Shown piece after piece: positions 20,064-29,651 of a stretch of 64,000 nt of DNA (positions are counted from its first letter, which is position 1; every line of letters starts with the position of its first letter). Under the pieces are notes generated by a model. That model worked only from the letters and a program-made list of their open reading frames with translations. It was not told the DNA's origin and did no database searches. The position numbers and the translations under genes are program-made. This DNA comes from Clostridia bacterium. GTDB taxonomy: Bacteria > Bacillota > Clostridia > TANB77 > CAG-508. The stretch spans positions 6,007-70,006 of the forward strand of contig JAAWGB010000002.1 of NCBI GenBank assembly GCA_022795075.1, read 5' to 3'.

Positions 20064-20519
20064 CTAAGGTCCTATTTTCAATAAATGAACAAATAATATT
20101 TCGTAAGCATCATATACTATTGATATTATCGAAATAATCCAACAATAATAGGCAAGATACTTTAAAATTCCAGTTTTCCCCTCTATTCTTATATCAGGAA
20201 AAATTCCATCTGTAAAAAATACAATTTGAATATGGAAATAGATTTTACCAGCATAATACATTATTTTTTTGGTTATATAAATATCTACTATACCAAAAAT
20301 TAGGCTAATGCTGATTGCTATTCCTCCTCGCATATGCGTAAAAAAGTAATCTGATGTACCATAAAAATCATTTAAGTACCAACAATATAACGCATCCATT
20401 TGCATGGATATAATAAATGTCAAGGTATAAAGCCAAGTTTTGTATACATCTCTTGGTAATTGGTTTATCCGTTCATTCATTCTTTTTGCTAATTTTTTCA
20501 TCATTTTGGTTTCCTCCAT
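20064..20519 (-). CDS. Hypothetical small integral membrane protein (151 aa, about 4 TM), carried between the two inverted repeat copies
   Basis: The ORF has RBS ggaggaaacc upstream of the ATG. Hydrophobic helices are present (TWLYTLTFIISMQM, IAISISLIFGIVDIYI, YCWIISIISIVY). No family recognised. Confidence 0.6.
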   Translation of the reverse strand: MEETKMMKKLAKRMNERINQLPRDVYKTWLYTLTFIISMQMDALYCWYLNDFYGTSDYFFTHMRGGIAISISLIFGIVDIYITKKIMYYAGKIYFHIQIVFFTDGIFPDIRIEGKTGILKYLAYYCWIISIISIVYDAYEILFVHLLKIGP

Positions 20520-20643
20520 TATTATAATTATAATTTTTATTAGTGTCTACCTCTCCTTAGGAAAATGGAGTAGATAATAAATTAATATAAAACTATTATA
20601 GCACATTTTACATAATTTTTCAACTTTCTTCTTCCATGAAAAA

Positions 20644-20790
20644 ACAGGAGAAAAAGGAGAAAAGGGAGCAATTGGGGACGGTTCTTAATTGCTCCTTTTT
20701 GATACGAAATTAAGAATATTTATTTTTTACATTAAAAAGGAGCAATTAAGAACCGTCCCCAATTGCTCCCTTTTCTCCTTTTTCTCCTGT
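20644..20790. repeat. Hairpin repeat, copy 2 (IR-R): 57-bp perfect arms and a 33-nt loop that is the reverse complement of the copy-1 loop
   Basis: acaggagaaaaaggagaaaagggagcaattggggacggttcttaattgctccttttt (20644-20700) has its exact reverse complement at 20734-20790. The loop gatacgaaattaagaatatttattttttacatt is the reverse complement of the copy-1 loop minus one T. Confidence 0.9.
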
Positions 20791-22971
20791 TCCTTTCATG
20801 GAAAGACTAACTTTTTGTCTTTCTTGGTCAACTTTGATTACTTTTACTTTTACTATATCGCCAACAGATACTACTTGTGCTGGATTTTTAATAAATTTAT
20901 CACTCATTTCAGAAATATGTACTAAACCATCGTGTTTGACACCAATATCTACAAAGGCTCCAAAATCAATTACATTTCTAACTGTACCACTTAATACCAT
21001 GCCTTCTTTTAAATCTTCTAATTTTAAAACGTCACTTCTTAGGATAGGTTTTGGCATGTCTTCACGTGGATCTCTTCCTGGTTTTGATAATTCTTCAATG
21101 ATATCAGATAATGTCATTTCTCCTAATTCTAATTCTTTTGCTACATTTGGTATATTGACACTTTTTAGTTTTTTTCTTAATTCTTCTAGTTTTTCTTTAT
21201 TGATTAAGTCTTTTTTGTCAAATCCCAAATTAGCCAGTAATTTTTCGGTTGCTTCGTAACTTTCTGGGTGGACAGCTGTAATTTCTAATGGATTGTCTCC
21301 ATCTAATATTCGTAAAAATCCCGCACATTGTTCAAAAGCTACTTTTCCAAGTTTTGGTACTTTTAATAATTGTTTTCTATTTTTTAGTTTTCCGTTTTCG
21401 TCTCTATATTTTACAATGTTTTTTGCAATGGTGTTATTGATTCCTGATACATAAGATAATAAGGATGGTGTTGCAGTATTGACATCAACTCCTACTTTAT
21501 TAACACTATCTTCTACGACACCTGTTAGACTTTCTGCTAGTCTTTTTTGATTGACATCGTGTTGATATTGCCCTACTCCAATTGCTTTTGGGTCAATTTT
21601 TACTAATTCTGCCAATGGATCTTGTAGTCTTCTAGCAATAGAAATGGCTCCTCTTATAGATACGTTAATATCAGGATATTCTTCGGTTGCAAGTTTAGAA
21701 GCTGAATAAACAGATGCACCCGCTTCGCTTACAATAACATAGTGAATGGTTCGATTGGTTTCTTTTAGCATGTCTGCTACAAACATTTCAGATTCTCTAG
21801 ATGCTGTTCCATTTCCAATGGCAATCATATCTATTTCGTCTTTTTCAATTAGTTTTAAAAGTTCTTTTTTGGCACCTTCTACGTCATTTTGTGGTTCAGT
21901 TGGATACACAGTGGTATAGTCTAATACTTTTCCTGTTTCGTCAATAACTGCTATTTTACAACCAGTTCGGTAAGCTGGGTCAAATCCCATTACAGTCTTT
22001 CCTTTAATTGGTGCTCCTAATAGTAGTTGTTTGGAATTTTGCCCAAATACTTTAATGGCTTTTTCTTCTGCTTTTTCGGTTAAATCACTTCGAATTTCTC
22101 TTTCTATTGATGGTTCAATTAATCGTTTAAAACTATCTAAAATAGTTTCTTTTAGCATATTTGTAAATTGTGTTTCTCCTTTTATTGTATCTTTTTCTAT
22201 ATAGGCTAATATTTTTTCTTCTGGTTTTTGAATTTTTACCTTTAAAAATTCCTCTTTTTCTCCACGATTAATGGCTAAAATTCTATGGCTTGGAATATAT
22301 TTAATGGCTTCGTTATATTCGTAATACATTTCATAATTTGATTTTTCTTCCTCTTTTGCTGCTTTGGTTTCAACAATCGCTTCACGATAGCATTGTCTTT
22401 TAATTTCTTTTCTATATTTAGCATTATCAGAGATATCTTCTGCGATAATATCTAATGCTCCTTGAATAGCTTCTTGGGCAGTATTAACGACTTTATCTTT
22501 ATTGTTTTTATCTTCTTGTGATAATTTATCTACATTAATATATTGTTTTGCTATTTTCTCAATTGGGTTGGTTTCCTTTTGCTCCATTATAATTTGTGCC
22601 AATGGCTCTAATCCTTTTGCTTTTGCAACAGTTGCCCTTGTCTTTTTCTTTTGTTTATATGGTCTATAAATATCTTCTACTTCTGCTAAAGTTTTTGCAA
22701 TTGCTACTGCTTGCAAAATTTCATCTGTTAATTTACCTTGTTCATCAATCGATTTTATAACTTCTTCTTTTCTTTGTTCTAAATTTCTTAAGTAATTTAG
22801 TCTTTCCCCTAATTCTCTAAGAACTTCGTCTGAAAGTCCCCCTGTTACCTCTTTACGATATCTAGCAATAAATGGAATCGTGTTCCCTTCATCTATTAAT
22901 TTTACTGTGTTTTCTACTTGTGATGGTTTTATATTCAATTCTTCCGCAATTAGTTTTATGATTTTGTCCAT
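20746..22971 (-). CDS. tex: Tex (transcription accessory protein; YqgF/HhH/S1 RNA-binding)
   Basis: N-terminus MDKIIKLIAEELNIKPSQVENTVKLIDEGNTIPFIARYRKE is typical of Tex. The C-terminal S1 domain is GTVRNVIDFGAFVDIG...VSLSMK. I prefer the ATG at 22971 over 22995. The last 15 codons and the stop lie inside the repeat at 20644-20790. Confidence 0.92.
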   Translation of the reverse strand: MDKIIKLIAEELNIKPSQVENTVKLIDEGNTIPFIARYRKEVTGGLSDEVLRELGERLNYLRNLEQRKEEVIKSIDEQGKLTDEILQAVAIAKTLAEVEDIYRPYKQKKKTRATVAKAKGLEPLAQIIMEQKETNPIEKIAKQYINVDKLSQEDKNNKDKVVNTAQEAIQGALDIIAEDISDNAKYRKEIKRQCYREAIVETKAAKEEEKSNYEMYYEYNEAIKYIPSHRILAINRGEKEEFLKVKIQKPEEKILAYIEKDTIKGETQFTNMLKETILDSFKRLIEPSIEREIRSDLTEKAEEKAIKVFGQNSKQLLLGAPIKGKTVMGFDPAYRTGCKIAVIDETGKVLDYTTVYPTEPQNDVEGAKKELLKLIEKDEIDMIAIGNGTASRESEMFVADMLKETNRTIHYVIVSEAGASVYSASKLATEEYPDINVSIRGAISIARRLQDPLAELVKIDPKAIGVGQYQHDVNQKRLAESLTGVVEDSVNKVGVDVNTATPSLLSYVSGINNTIAKNIVKYRDENGKLKNRKQLLKVPKLGKVAFEQCAGFLRILDGDNPLEITAVHPESYEATEKLLANLGFDKKDLINKEKLEELRKKLKSVNIPNVAKELELGEMTLSDIIEELSKPGRDPREDMPKPILRSDVLKLEDLKEGMVLSGTVRNVIDFGAFVDIGVKHDGLVHISEMSDKFIKNPAQVVSVGDIVKVKVIKVDQERQKVSLSMKGTGEKGEKGAIGDGS

Positions 22972-23097
22972 TGTTCTTCCATTCCTTTCTTCCATGATTT
23001 TGGGAACGAAATTAAAAAAATCATGATGTCCTGTCTTTTAATCTATCCATCGTTCCCTTTGTTAACTTTGTTGGCTTTGTATACGAAGTCAATAAAT

Positions 23098-23568
23098 CTA
23101 GTACTTTAATGAATCATCCTCTTGAATCCAATTTTGTACTTGCTCAATTCGATATTCATTCTTTGTATCTCTCATAACAACTTCTCTAATTCCACTATTA
23201 ATTAACATTCTTTTACAAAAAGTACATGGCCAATTATCTTTTACATATTCACCATTCCTTTTGTTGATGCCAACCATATATAAGGTTGCTCCTAACATAT
23301 CTTTTCTTGCTGCACTAAGCATAGCATTTTGCTCACTATGTACAGATCTACATTTATCATATCCTTTTCCACTTGGCATGTCACTTTTTATACAATACCC
23401 TAAATCTAAACAATTTTGCCTGCCTCTTGGTGCTCCTGAATATCCTGTTGATATAATCTCATCATTTTTCACAATAATACTTCCATAATTATTTCTTAGG
23501 CATGTTCCTCTTTCTGCTACCGTTTCTGCAATGTTTAAATAATAATTAATTTTGTCTACTCTTGCCAT
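23098..23568 (-). CDS. comEB: dCMP (deoxycytidylate) deaminase, ComEB-type
   Basis: Zinc-binding cytidine/deoxycytidylate deaminase motifs HSEQNA and PCTFCKRMLINSGI in a 156-aa protein. Confidence 0.85.
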   Translation of the reverse strand: MARVDKINYYLNIAETVAERGTCLRNNYGSIIVKNDEIISTGYSGAPRGRQNCLDLGYCIKSDMPSGKGYDKCRSVHSEQNAMLSAARKDMLGATLYMVGINKRNGEYVKDNWPCTFCKRMLINSGIREVVMRDTKNEYRIEQVQNWIQEDDSLKY

Positions 23569-23637
23569 TTTTATCCTCCTTGAGGCTATTTTTACAATTT
23601 TATCTTATTTTTTTGACTTTCGTTTCTAAAATCATGG

Positions 23638-25221
23638 TTATTCAATTCCTAGGTATTCGTTATAGGTTCCTTCTTTGTCAATTACTTTGCCGTTTTCTTT
23701 GATGTCTATTATTCGATTTGCTACAGTTTGTGTTAATTCGTGGTCATGTGATGTAAATAAAATGTTTCCAATGAATTTTTTCATTCCTTCATTAACTGAT
23801 GTGATACTTTCCATGTCTAAGTGGTTGGTTGGCTCATCAAACATTAGGAAGTTCGCTCCTGATAGCATCATTTTGGATAATACACATCTTACTTTTTCTC
23901 CTCCAGATAATACTTTTACTTCTTTTAATGCTTCGTCTCCAGAGAATAACATTCTTCCTAAGAAACTTCTTACATAGGTTTCATCTGGGTCTTTTGAGTA
24001 TTTTCTTAACCACTCGGTTACGTTTTCTTCTGTTTGGAATAGATAATTATTGTCTTTTGGGAAATAATTTTGGGTTATTGTGGTTCCCCATATTAGTTCT
24101 CCTTCGTCTGGCTCTAATTCTCCACTAATTATTTGAAATAGTACGGTTTTGGCTATTTCATTATCTGCTAAAAAGGCAATTTTGTCTCCTTGTTTTACGT
24201 CAAATGATAGGTTGTCTAATACTTTTACTCCTTCTACGGTTTTGGAGATGTTTTTTACTTGTAAGATTTCTTTTCCTGGTTCTCTGTCTGGCTTGAAGTC
24301 AACATATGGATATTTTCGATTAGATGGTTTGATTTCGTCTAATTCTATTTTTTCAAGTGTTTTCTTTCTAGATGTTGCTTGTTTTGATTTGGATGCGTTA
24401 GCACTAAATCTTGCTATAAAATCTTGTAATTCCTTTATTTTTTCTTCTTTCTTTTTGTTTTGTTCTCTTGCTTGTTTTAATGCTAATTGACTGGATTCAT
24501 ACCAAAAGTCATAGTTTCCTGGATAGACTTTGATTTTTCCAAAGTCTACATCTGCTATGTGTGTACATACTTTATTTAGAAAATATCTGTCATGTGATAC
24601 TACTATTACAGTATTTTCAAAATCCATTAAAAAGTCTTGCAACCAATTGATGCTTTTTAGATCTAAGTCATTGGTTGGTTCGTCTAATAGTAAAACATCT
24701 GGATTTCCAAATAAGCTTTGTGCTAGCAATACTTTTACTTTGTCTTTGGCTTCTATTTCTTTCATTTTTTTATTATGGTTTTCAGGTATAATCCCTAAGT
24801 CGTTTAAAAGCATGGCTGCATCTGATTCTGCATTCCACCCATCTAATTCGGCAAATCTTTCTTCTAATTTTGCTGCTTTCATTCCATCTTCTTCGGAAAA
24901 GTCAGGTTTTGCATAAATTTCGTCTTTTTCTTTCATGATGTCATATAATTCTTTGTTTCCCATTATTACAGTATCTATTACTGTATATTCTTCAAAGGCA
25001 AAGTGATCTTGTTTTAATACAGATAGTCTTTCTCCTTTGTCTAAGCTAACTTCTCCTTTGCTTGGTTCAATTTCTCCTGATAGGACTTTTAAAAAGGTCG
25101 ATTTTCCAGCTCCATTGGCTCCGATTATTCCATAACAGTTTCCTTTTCCAAATCTTATATTGACGTCTTCAAATAATACCCTTTTTCCAAATCTTACGGT
25201 AACTCCATTTGCACTTAGCAT
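23638..25221 (-). CDS. ABC-F family ATPase (two ABC cassettes, no TM domain)
   Basis: Two Walker A sites (GANGAGKST, and a second cassette), signature motifs LSGGEKVR, a charged inter-domain linker (KKEEKIKELQDFIARF) and no membrane segments. Confidence 0.88.
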   Translation of the reverse strand: MLSANGVTVRFGKRVLFEDVNIRFGKGNCYGIIGANGAGKSTFLKVLSGEIEPSKGEVSLDKGERLSVLKQDHFAFEEYTVIDTVIMGNKELYDIMKEKDEIYAKPDFSEEDGMKAAKLEERFAELDGWNAESDAAMLLNDLGIIPENHNKKMKEIEAKDKVKVLLAQSLFGNPDVLLLDEPTNDLDLKSINWLQDFLMDFENTVIVVSHDRYFLNKVCTHIADVDFGKIKVYPGNYDFWYESSQLALKQAREQNKKKEEKIKELQDFIARFSANASKSKQATSRKKTLEKIELDEIKPSNRKYPYVDFKPDREPGKEILQVKNISKTVEGVKVLDNLSFDVKQGDKIAFLADNEIAKTVLFQIISGELEPDEGELIWGTTITQNYFPKDNNYLFQTEENVTEWLRKYSKDPDETYVRSFLGRMLFSGDEALKEVKVLSGGEKVRCVLSKMMLSGANFLMFDEPTNHLDMESITSVNEGMKKFIGNILFTSHDHELTQTVANRIIDIKENGKVIDKEGTYNEYLGIE

Positions 25222-25407
25222 TTTTATCTCCTCCTAAATTTAAATCTTAAGTATTATATAACATTTTTCCTATAATTTCAATATTTTCATATATTATAGA
25301 TTTTTTTCTAGTTTGATGAATGGGTAACTATTGAAAAAAAATCATCTTTATGATAATTTATAGGTAGAATAGTTAAATAAATGGATTAATAATAGGAGAA
25401 ACCTTTA

Positions 25408-26655
25408 ATGAACAATCAAACATACTATCCAATAAAAAGTAAAACACCTATCTTTTTAACAATTTTTTTAATATTATTATGTATTTTAATCGTTATTTTC
25501 TTCGCTTTTAGGAAAAACTTTACAAAAACTACCGAAGTTGCACAAATAAATTTAAACACTCAATTGGAACAAACCGAAAACTTAAATAAGGAAAACACTC
25601 AAAAGGAAGAACAAAAAAAAGATGTTTCCTTTACTTTAACAGCATTAGGAGACGTTCTTTGTCACAATACTCAATTTTGGGATGCCTATAATCGTTCTAC
25701 TGGTGAATATGATTTTTCTTATGTATTCCAAGATATTAAGCAATACACCGAAAAATCTGATGTAACAATTGCAAATTTGGAAACAAGTTTTGCAGGTGTC
25801 GACAAAGGTTATAGTAATTATCCAACTTTTAATAGCCCAGATAGTTTAGTAACAGCTTTAAAAAATATTGGTATCGATATTATAACAACAGCTGGAAATC
25901 ACTGTTTAGATATGGGATTTTCTGGATTAAGTCGAACAATAGATGTTTTAAATCAAAATGAAATTGAACATTTAGGAACTTACCAATCAGAAGAAGAACA
26001 AAATAAGCTATTTTTAAAAAATATAAATGGTGCAAAAGTTGCTTTTATTAATTATACTTATGGGACAAATGGTATTCCCATTCCTTCTGGGAAAGATTTT
26101 TGTGTTAATTTAATTGATAAAGATTTAATTGAAAAACACATTGAGCAGGCAAAGTTAGAAAAAGCTGATATTATTATTGCTTGTATGCACTGGGGAACAG
26201 AGTATCGAACAACTGCTAATGAGGAACAAAAGGAACTTTCAGACTTTTTATTTCAAACTGGTGTTGATATTATTATTGGTAATCATCCTCATGTTATTGA
26301 ACCTTTTGAAACAAGGGAAGTGATCATGCCAAATGGCTCTGTTAAACAATGCTTTGTAGCTTATGCGTTAGGAAATTTTACGGCTGATCAAAATGCTATT
26401 AATACTAGAGATTCCATCATTTTAAATTTAAAAATTACCAAAAAAGCAGATGAAAGTGTTTCGATTGATACAATTGATTATATTCCAATTTATATGTATA
26501 AAAATCCTTCTTTAAGTATTCAAAAATTTAAGCTAATTGATTTAAAGAAATCTATAGCTGATTATGAAAATGGAACCAACTCTTCTATTACTAGTACTCA
26601 ATACAATTTATTTAAAAAAGAACTTTCACAGATTCAAAAAATTCTTGGTGAATAA
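25408..26655 (+). CDS. CapA/PGA_cap family metallophosphatase-like membrane-anchored protein
   Basis: N-terminal TM anchor, then TALGDVLCH, GNHCLDMG, MHWGTEY and IIGNHPHVIEPFE, as in the CapA/YwtB family. Confidence 0.8.
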   Translation: MNNQTYYPIKSKTPIFLTIFLILLCILIVIFFAFRKNFTKTTEVAQINLNTQLEQTENLNKENTQKEEQKKDVSFTLTALGDVLCHNTQFWDAYNRSTGEYDFSYVFQDIKQYTEKSDVTIANLETSFAGVDKGYSNYPTFNSPDSLVTALKNIGIDIITTAGNHCLDMGFSGLSRTIDVLNQNEIEHLGTYQSEEEQNKLFLKNINGAKVAFINYTYGTNGIPIPSGKDFCVNLIDKDLIEKHIEQAKLEKADIIIACMHWGTEYRTTANEEQKELSDFLFQTGVDIIIGNHPHVIEPFETREVIMPNGSVKQCFVAYALGNFTADQNAINTRDSIILNLKITKKADESVSIDTIDYIPIYMYKNPSLSIQKFKLIDLKKSIADYENGTNSSITSTQYNLFKKELSQIQKILGE

Positions 26656-26683
26656 TAAGAATTGTTTTTTACAAACTTGTAAA

Positions 26684-26781
26684 CCTGCTAAACAAAAATA
26701 AAATCCAAAAAGGAAAACGGCTCGTTCAAGTAATTTTCAATTTGCCGTTTTCCTTTTTGGATTTTACTTTTGTTTAGCAGG
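26684..26781. repeat. 98-bp palindromic element (38-bp arms with 1 mismatch, 22-nt loop) between convergent genes; probably also a bidirectional terminator
   Basis: cctgctaaacaaaaataaaatccaaaaaggaaaacggc (26684-26721) pairs with gccgttttcctttttggattttacttttgtttagcagg (26744-26781). The loop tcgttcaagtaattttcaattt shares its sequence with the inner boundary of the element at 2786-2975. Confidence 0.8.
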
Positions 26782-26838
26782 CTTAATCTTAAGAGTAAAC
26801 ACATTCATCACATTATTTTGAATACTAACAAATGATAA

Positions 26839-28449
26839 TTAGTCTACAAGCATCATTTCATAAATTCCGCCATCTTCATTAAAATAATATTCTAACATTG
26901 TTGTACCTTTTGGAATAACATGTGTATAATCTGTTTGTCTATGTTCAAATCTATATAATTGTGCTAAATTTTGATTTTTAAAATATACAATTTGGTAACC
27001 TTTTGATAAAATTCTTAGCTTTTTCCCCCATACACTTTCATCTATTTTCATATATCTTGTTGCTACATTACCTGCTAGATAAAATGTATCTAGATTACCA
27101 TCATAAGCCTCCTTCCAAATAGCTCCTATATTCTCTGTCTGTGATGGAAATGTATAACTATTTTCTATTTCATCGCCATTTTGATCTATTTGTTTTGCAT
27201 AAATCGTTTGTCCTATCTCTAATTCTATTTCATTATTTTGATAAATTTTCCATTCTCCATTATCTATTTTATATAATTTTTGTCCTTCTGTTAAAGGATA
27301 ATTAATTCTTTTTATTGTCCTACTCCATTCTACTCCATTTTGTGTTAATGTTGGATATTCTTCTCCTTGCTTTGTAAAAGTTGGTTTCGCATTTAACATT
27401 GTTATCTCTTTTAGGTTGGTAAAACTATCTCCCCCTTCTATACATAACTTATAGGCATCTTGTGGAATTACAATATCTAAATTATAATTTGTTCCATAAC
27501 CTGGATCGATACGATATAATTCTTTATTATTTTTATCAAGAATTGATATAATGGTACTAGCTACTGATCGATAACCTTGAATATTAACTGTCCAGCCCCA
27601 TACCTCTTCATCGATCATTAAACATTTTTTACTGCCACCTGCTATAAAAGTATTTATATTTTCATCATAAGCTTCTTCTCCTACTGCATCATTTGGTGTT
27701 GATACTGTTTTGGAACTCATTACTTCTACACCAGTTACTGTATTGATACTTTTGGCTAAAATGGTTCCTCCTGCTAAAGTAACTGCTCCAGTATATTTTT
27801 GCCATGTTTGACCTGCATCAATACTATAGTAGTTTTCGATATTTCTTTTTTTATCATATAGTATTTTTATTTGATTATTTTTTACACCATATCTTGTTAA
27901 AATAGGATAACCGTCATAGGAATCGATGACTGGCTCTTGTGGTGGATCAAGATTGTCTTCTACTGGCTCAACTGATTTTTCTAATGTATGCCAAATAGAA
28001 CCATAAATTTTTTCTCCTTCATAGTCATATATTTGTTTAGTTTCTACATCTATTAAGTAGTTATGTGTTAATTCACTTCCGATTACTTCCTTATTAATCC
28101 AATATAGATTGACTTCTTCTATTGATTTTTCTGTTAGTTCTTCTATGGTTATTTGTAAGCTTGGATATTTATTTTGGATTTCTTCTTTTTGTACTTTATT
28201 GGATACTGGTAATATTTGTTGTTCATTTTCTAATTTTTGTTTTTCTATTATAAAATCTGCTTGCTTGTCTGCCATATATAATTTTACTTGTTCTTCTATT
28301 TCTCTAAATTCTGTTGCAAATTTACTCATTTTGGCACGTTCAATTGGTCCTTCATTTGAAAATATCCAAATACTGACTCCTGCTAATATTAATAAAACTA
28401 TTATGGTGATGACTAATGCAATTAATGTGATTGCTTTTTGTTGTTTCAT
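26839..28449 (-). CDS. Protein with a prepilin-type N-terminal hydrophobic domain and duplicated C-terminal beta-sandwich (discoidin-like) modules
   Basis: The N-terminus MKQQKAITLIALVITIIVLLILAGV resembles class III (pilin/pseudopilin) signal sequences. There are two related modules (EAYDENINTFIAGG...VWGWTVNIQGY and EAYDGNLDTFYLAGN...VWGKKLRILSKGY). Confidence 0.6.
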   Translation of the reverse strand: MKQQKAITLIALVITIIVLLILAGVSIWIFSNEGPIERAKMSKFATEFREIEEQVKLYMADKQADFIIEKQKLENEQQILPVSNKVQKEEIQNKYPSLQITIEELTEKSIEEVNLYWINKEVIGSELTHNYLIDVETKQIYDYEGEKIYGSIWHTLEKSVEPVEDNLDPPQEPVIDSYDGYPILTRYGVKNNQIKILYDKKRNIENYYSIDAGQTWQKYTGAVTLAGGTILAKSINTVTGVEVMSSKTVSTPNDAVGEEAYDENINTFIAGGSKKCLMIDEEVWGWTVNIQGYRSVASTIISILDKNNKELYRIDPGYGTNYNLDIVIPQDAYKLCIEGGDSFTNLKEITMLNAKPTFTKQGEEYPTLTQNGVEWSRTIKRINYPLTEGQKLYKIDNGEWKIYQNNEIELEIGQTIYAKQIDQNGDEIENSYTFPSQTENIGAIWKEAYDGNLDTFYLAGNVATRYMKIDESVWGKKLRILSKGYQIVYFKNQNLAQLYRFEHRQTDYTHVIPKGTTMLEYYFNEDGGIYEMMLVD

Positions 28450-28588
28450 TTTTTTCCTCCTTCTTTTGTTATGTAAAATTGGTATTACAATTCTACTTTA
28501 TCACATTTATTCATATTTTTTCAATACTTTTTAAAAAATATTCATCAATTTACTAATATTATTCAAACTAAATATGCAACAAAATAAA

Positions 28589-28613
28589 TAGAAGTGCATT
28601 TTCTACACTTCTA
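28589..28613 (-). terminator. Rho-independent terminator after corA
   Basis: 8-bp stem tagaagtg / cacttcta. On the minus strand it is followed by tttattttgtt. Confidence 0.55.
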
Positions 28614-28618
28614 CTTTC

Positions 28619-29578
28619 TTAATTTAACATATCTTTTCTTTTTAGCCAATAAGTTACAACTAATGTTAATATAACTGATATTAATATCATAATCACAAAT
28701 CCTATAGGACTATCTTGAAATGGTAAGCCAACATTCATTCCCCAAAAACTAGAAATCATCGTTGGTACAGCTAGTACAATTGTAATAGAGGTTAAAAATT
28801 TCATAACACCATTTAAATTATTGGAAATGATTGAAGCATAGGCATCCATTGTTCCATTTAAGATATCTCTATATATTTGCGCCATTTCAATGGCTTGTCT
28901 ATTTTCTGTAATAGCATCTTCTAGTATTTCTTCGTCATCTTCGTATAATTTTATAATTTTTCCTCTTAATGTTTTTTCCATGACAAGTTCATTTGATTTT
29001 AAAGAAGTTGTAAAATATACCAGTCCTTTTTCTAAGCTTAGTAGTTTTAAGAGTTCTTTGTTTTTCATGGAATTTTTTAGAATATATTCTGCTATTTCTG
29101 TTTCTTTGTTAATTTGTTTTAGATAACTTAGGTAATAAGATGAATTTAAATATAATATTTGAAAAATAAATCTTGTTTTTTTGTAAGTTTGAAAGTTTTT
29201 TATTTTTTTCTTTTCAAAGTCTTCTATTATTTTATTTTTCTTTAATGATACAGTTACAAAAAAGTCATCTCTAACTACTATCATTCCTAATGGCATGGTT
29301 GTATAAATATCATTTTCTTCGTTTTTTTCAATAATTGGTACGTCCACAATAAATAATGTTGTGTTGTCATCTTCTTCTTGGTCAATTCTTGCCTTTTCTT
29401 CGTAGTCTAATGCGTAACGAATAAAGTCTTCTTCTATATGTATGTTTTTACATACTTTCTTAATTTCACTTTCCGATGGATTTACTAAATTAATCCATGC
29501 TCCTTTTTTGAATTCTTTGATTTCTTCAATTATATCTGTTTCTACGTCTGTATGATATATTTTTAGCAAATCCATCAC
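28619..29578 (-). CDS. corA: CorA-family magnesium/cobalt transporter
   Basis: 319 aa with two C-terminal TM helices and the GMN signature (FWGMNVGLPF). Confidence 0.88.
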   Translation of the reverse strand: MMDLLKIYHTDVETDIIEEIKEFKKGAWINLVNPSESEIKKVCKNIHIEEDFIRYALDYEEKARIDQEEDDNTTLFIVDVPIIEKNEENDIYTTMPLGMIVVRDDFFVTVSLKKNKIIEDFEKKKIKNFQTYKKTRFIFQILYLNSSYYLSYLKQINKETEIAEYILKNSMKNKELLKLLSLEKGLVYFTTSLKSNELVMEKTLRGKIIKLYEDDEEILEDAITENRQAIEMAQIYRDILNGTMDAYASIISNNLNGVMKFLTSITIVLAVPTMISSFWGMNVGLPFQDSPIGFVIMILISVILTLVVTYWLKRKDMLN

Positions 29579-29651
29579 CCCTTTTTTAGTTTTTGTAAAT
29601 TACTCATTTTTATTCGCAATACTTTTATTTTAGTCTTTTTCTTTCTTTTTG

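Noticed and set aside
20689-20925. The 78-aa plus-strand ORF spanning the copy-2 hairpin.
   Set aside because: It is created by the repeat loop and arm plus the antisense strand of the tex 3' end. It has no RBS and is low in complexity.
22972-22995. The upstream ATG (22995) as the Tex start.
   Set aside because: It has no RBS. The downstream ATG at 22971 gives the conserved Tex N-terminus (MDKIIKLIAEEL..).
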